From positions 19,288-83,287 of the forward strand of contig CABUPZ010000003.1 of assembly GCA_902493585.1 (NCBI GenBank): a DNA stretch of 64,000 nt, written 5' to 3'. Made by a program: the position numbers and the translations under genes. This stretch comes from an uncultured Fusicatenibacter sp. GTDB lineage: Bacteria > Bacillota > Clostridia > Lachnospirales > Lachnospiraceae. How positions within the stretch are numbered: position 1 is the first letter of the stretch; each line of letters opens with the position of its first letter. Of the stretch, positions 61,618 through 64,000 are shown in pieces. Below the pieces are notes generated by a model. It was not told the origin of the DNA. It worked only from the letters and a program-made list of their open reading frames with translations, and made no database searches.

Positions 61618-62844
61618 TCAGGAATCAGGTTCAGTTACAGAGCATTTTCCGGATGGTTCACAGTTGTGCCGGAATTCTACAGGTGTCCGCCCCGTATGCT
61701 TTTTGAATGCCCGGTAGAAGGTTTCCGGAGAAGAAAATCCGGTTTCTCTGGCGACAGCATCCACGTTCAGTGCAGTTCCGAGCAGCAGCTGCTTTGCGTG
61801 ATAAATCCGGATTCTTTCGAGCAGGCTGAAAAATCCTGTCCCTTGTTCCTTTAGGATACGCTTCAGATAGCTTTCGCTGTATCCGAAATATTCTGCGGCG
61901 TCTGTCAGTGACACCTGTTCCTGATGGTTTCGATGAAGATAGTAAATGATTTTTGCATAGAGCTGGGAACTGGACAGCACTTTCACGATTGCTTTCTTGT
62001 CGGATACGGAAAAACGTTTTCGATATTCCGCAGGGGTCATTCCCTGATCTGACGTGAATGCCTGATAAAAGCCGTCGCGGGAAGTGTATCCGGACCACAG
62101 CGCAATGCTTTCCACCGGATAATCTGTTGTCTTCAAAAGTCCACAGGCGTTTCGAATTCGGATTTCCCGGAGAAGTTCTCCGAAATTCATCCCAAATTCA
62201 TCCCAAAGCATCCGCTGAATTTGAGAGACGCTGTAGTGAACGGTTTCTGCAATTTTTTCACAGGTAAGATCCGGTTCCCGACAGCGCAGATTCATCAGGC
62301 GAAGCGCATCTTGGGCTACACCTCCCACGGTTTCGCCCGCAGAAGGATTGGTATGACGCAGAAAGAAAATCAGCAGCTGGATCATAAGCGCCGCCATTTG
62401 CTCTTCCTTCAGCGGGTAAATATGTCTGCGTTCCTCCACCAGCTGTGAGAAAATCATGGAAACAGCAGGCTGTTCTTCGGGCGGAATCTGTACCACCGGG
62501 CAGCAGTCATAACTTTGTGCCAATGGGACACAGACACTCTGCATCAGTCCATTGTCTTCCAGTACGCACATTCGGAAACTGCATTTTGAGATACACAGAG
62601 GACTTTCTCTGTCGGGAATTAGTTCATGGATATGCCAGGGCATTTTGAGCGTCATGGATCCGTTTTCCACCGGGTAGGCAATTCCATTGATTTTTTCTGT
62701 GCCCCGGCCGCCGCTGAAATAGTGCAGTTCCACAAAACTGTGCCGATGCAGCGGAAATGGCTGTGTCATTGTCAGTTTATCTGCGTAAAACAGATCGTCC
62801 AGCCCAAAATTCTGAGTGTCAATATATGCAGGTTTATGCGCCAT
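61618..62844 (-). CDS. AraC-family regulator: cupin + two AraC DNA-binding domains
   Basis: HRHSFVELHY cupin; RIRNACGLL..PAEYRK, then a second RIYHAKQLL..GFSSPETFYRAFKK..PVEFR. Confidence 0.88.
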   Translation of the reverse strand: MAHKPAYIDTQNFGLDDLFYADKLTMTQPFPLHRHSFVELHYFSGGRGTEKINGIAYPVENGSMTLKMPWHIHELIPDRESPLCISKCSFRMCVLEDNGLMQSVCVPLAQSYDCCPVVQIPPEEQPAVSMIFSQLVEERRHIYPLKEEQMAALMIQLLIFFLRHTNPSAGETVGGVAQDALRLMNLRCREPDLTCEKIAETVHYSVSQIQRMLWDEFGMNFGELLREIRIRNACGLLKTTDYPVESIALWSGYTSRDGFYQAFTSDQGMTPAEYRKRFSVSDKKAIVKVLSSSQLYAKIIYYLHRNHQEQVSLTDAAEYFGYSESYLKRILKEQGTGFFSLLERIRIYHAKQLLLGTALNVDAVARETGFSSPETFYRAFKKHTGRTPVEFRHNCEPSGKCSVTEPDS

Positions 62845-63269
62845 GGTCGTTTACCTCCTGTGTGTTTGTGATATTATCTTATCACAGAAAACGTGACAGC
62901 TATATGCCTTGTTTTTGGAATTTTTCCATATGCTATATTTTGGGTGGGGCTGGGGCGTGTTTCTGCTTATGTGAGAAAGGCGAAATCCAAGCGGCATACG
63001 ATGATTTACAGGCGCCTGTGAAATTGAGAATCCGACCAAGGAAATCATAGGTGACAGTAATCTTTGGATGGGGTATAATAAAGAGCAATAGACTGCTGCG
63101 ATGTGAAGTATGTGAATCCCTATGGGGAATGTGGAAGCAGTAAAAGTGAACAATAATAATAATCAATACTTAGTAAAAAGTATTCAGTAAAATATAGGAA
63201 GTAATATGTAATCAGCAAAAAACAGCAAGTAATAGGAAAGAAAGTTTCATGGCAAAGGAGGCGGTGAAA

Positions 63270-64000
63270 TTGCGTTTTTTTCATGTGGCGGATGTGCATC
63301 TTGGAATGGAACCGGATTTGGGTTTTGCGTGGAGTAAGAGACGGCAGGAGGAGATCTGGGACAGCTTCCGCAGGCTGATCGATGAAGCGCGGCGGGAGAA
63401 GCCGGAGCTGCTTTTGATTGCCGGGGATTTGTTTCACCGTCAGCCGCTTTTGAAAGAACTGAAGGAAGTGAACGCGTTGTTCGCGTCGATTCCGGATACG
63501 CAGGTTATTTTGATGGCGGGGAATCATGATTATCTGAAGAAGGGAAGTTATTATCTGTCTTTTTCCTGGGCGGAGAATGTGACAGGTTTGTTTGGCGAGA
63601 CCTGTGAGCGGGTGGATTTTCCGAAATTTTCGCTGGCGGTGTATGGATGCAGTTACTATAGCCGTGAGGTGACGGACAATCTCTATGGTCAGGTGCGGTC
63701 GTCGGGGGCGATGCAATATCATGTTCTGCTGGCGCATGGCGGAGATGACCGGCATAGTCCGTGGAAAAAAGAGGAACTGGCTGCGGCAGGCTTTGACTAT
63801 ATTGCCTGCGGTCATATCCATAAACCGGAGATCCTGATTCCGGACCGAATGGCATATGCCGGGGCGCTGGAGCCGACGACCATGACGCAGACAGGAGAAC
63901 ACGGGTATATCGATGGAATCATCGATTCCCGCGGTACAAGGGTTTCTTTTGTGCCTTTTGCGGTCTGTGAGTATGTGGATTTGACTTTACAGGTGGATGA
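63270..64000 (+). CDS. SbcD/Mre11-like metallophosphoesterase (runs off window end)
   Basis: Own translation: LRFFHVADVHLG, IAGDLF, AGNHD, AHGG, YIACGHIH, YAGALEP; AAGGAGG 8 nt before TTG. Confidence 0.9.
   Translation, partial: MRFFHVADVHLGMEPDLGFAWSKRRQEEIWDSFRRLIDEARREKPELLLIAGDLFHRQPLLKELKEVNALFASIPDTQVILMAGNHDYLKKGSYYLSFSWAENVTGLFGETCERVDFPKFSLAVYGCSYYSREVTDNLYGQVRSSGAMQYHVLLAHGGDDRHSPWKKEELAAAGFDYIACGHIHKPEILIPDRMAYAGALEPTTMTQTGEHGYIDGIIDSRGTRVSFVPFAVCEYVDLTLQVD

Noticed and set aside
63135..63245. AGTAA short repeats upstream of the SbcD-like gene
   Set aside because: Irregular period in low-complexity A-rich sequence.

Overview
This is a chromosomal window from a ~50% GC Clostridia-type (probably Lachnospiraceae) genome; the taxon is inferred from gene content and RBS/promoter style. 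From left to right it holds: the 5' end of a GH120-like beta-xylosidase; a complete Gram-positive Tad/Flp pilus operon (0.9-10.9 kb, including a 55-aa Flp pilin missed by the ORF track); housekeeping genes (rhomboid, HIT, murG, beta-CASP MBL nuclease, mtnN, pgi); a DUF4367-like/secreted-protein pair with a low-GC core; a low-GC YesMN-type two-component system plus sugar ABC transporter and a GH31 gene; an OmpR/HK pair; yesL-msmX-cdaR-like genes; an aconitase-family hydratase; rluA-like, methyltransferase and asnS genes; an accessory block (esterase, UvrA class II, PMI-like, GH42-like, double-HTH AraC); and the 5' end of an SbcD-like nuclease. I found no rRNA, tRNA, cas gene, transposase or integrase. 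The most unusual signals are non-coding. (1) A ~1.0 kb purine-rich unit with no + strand ORF of 60 aa or more (42.69-43.71 kb), bracketed by a near-consensus sigma-A promoter and an intrinsic terminator, is a candidate large ncRNA. (2) A 28-bp REP-like palindrome is dispersed at about 10 intergenic sites. (3) Several larger fold-back elements and an exact 33-bp direct repeat are present. All family assignments come from reading motifs by eye; no database search was run.
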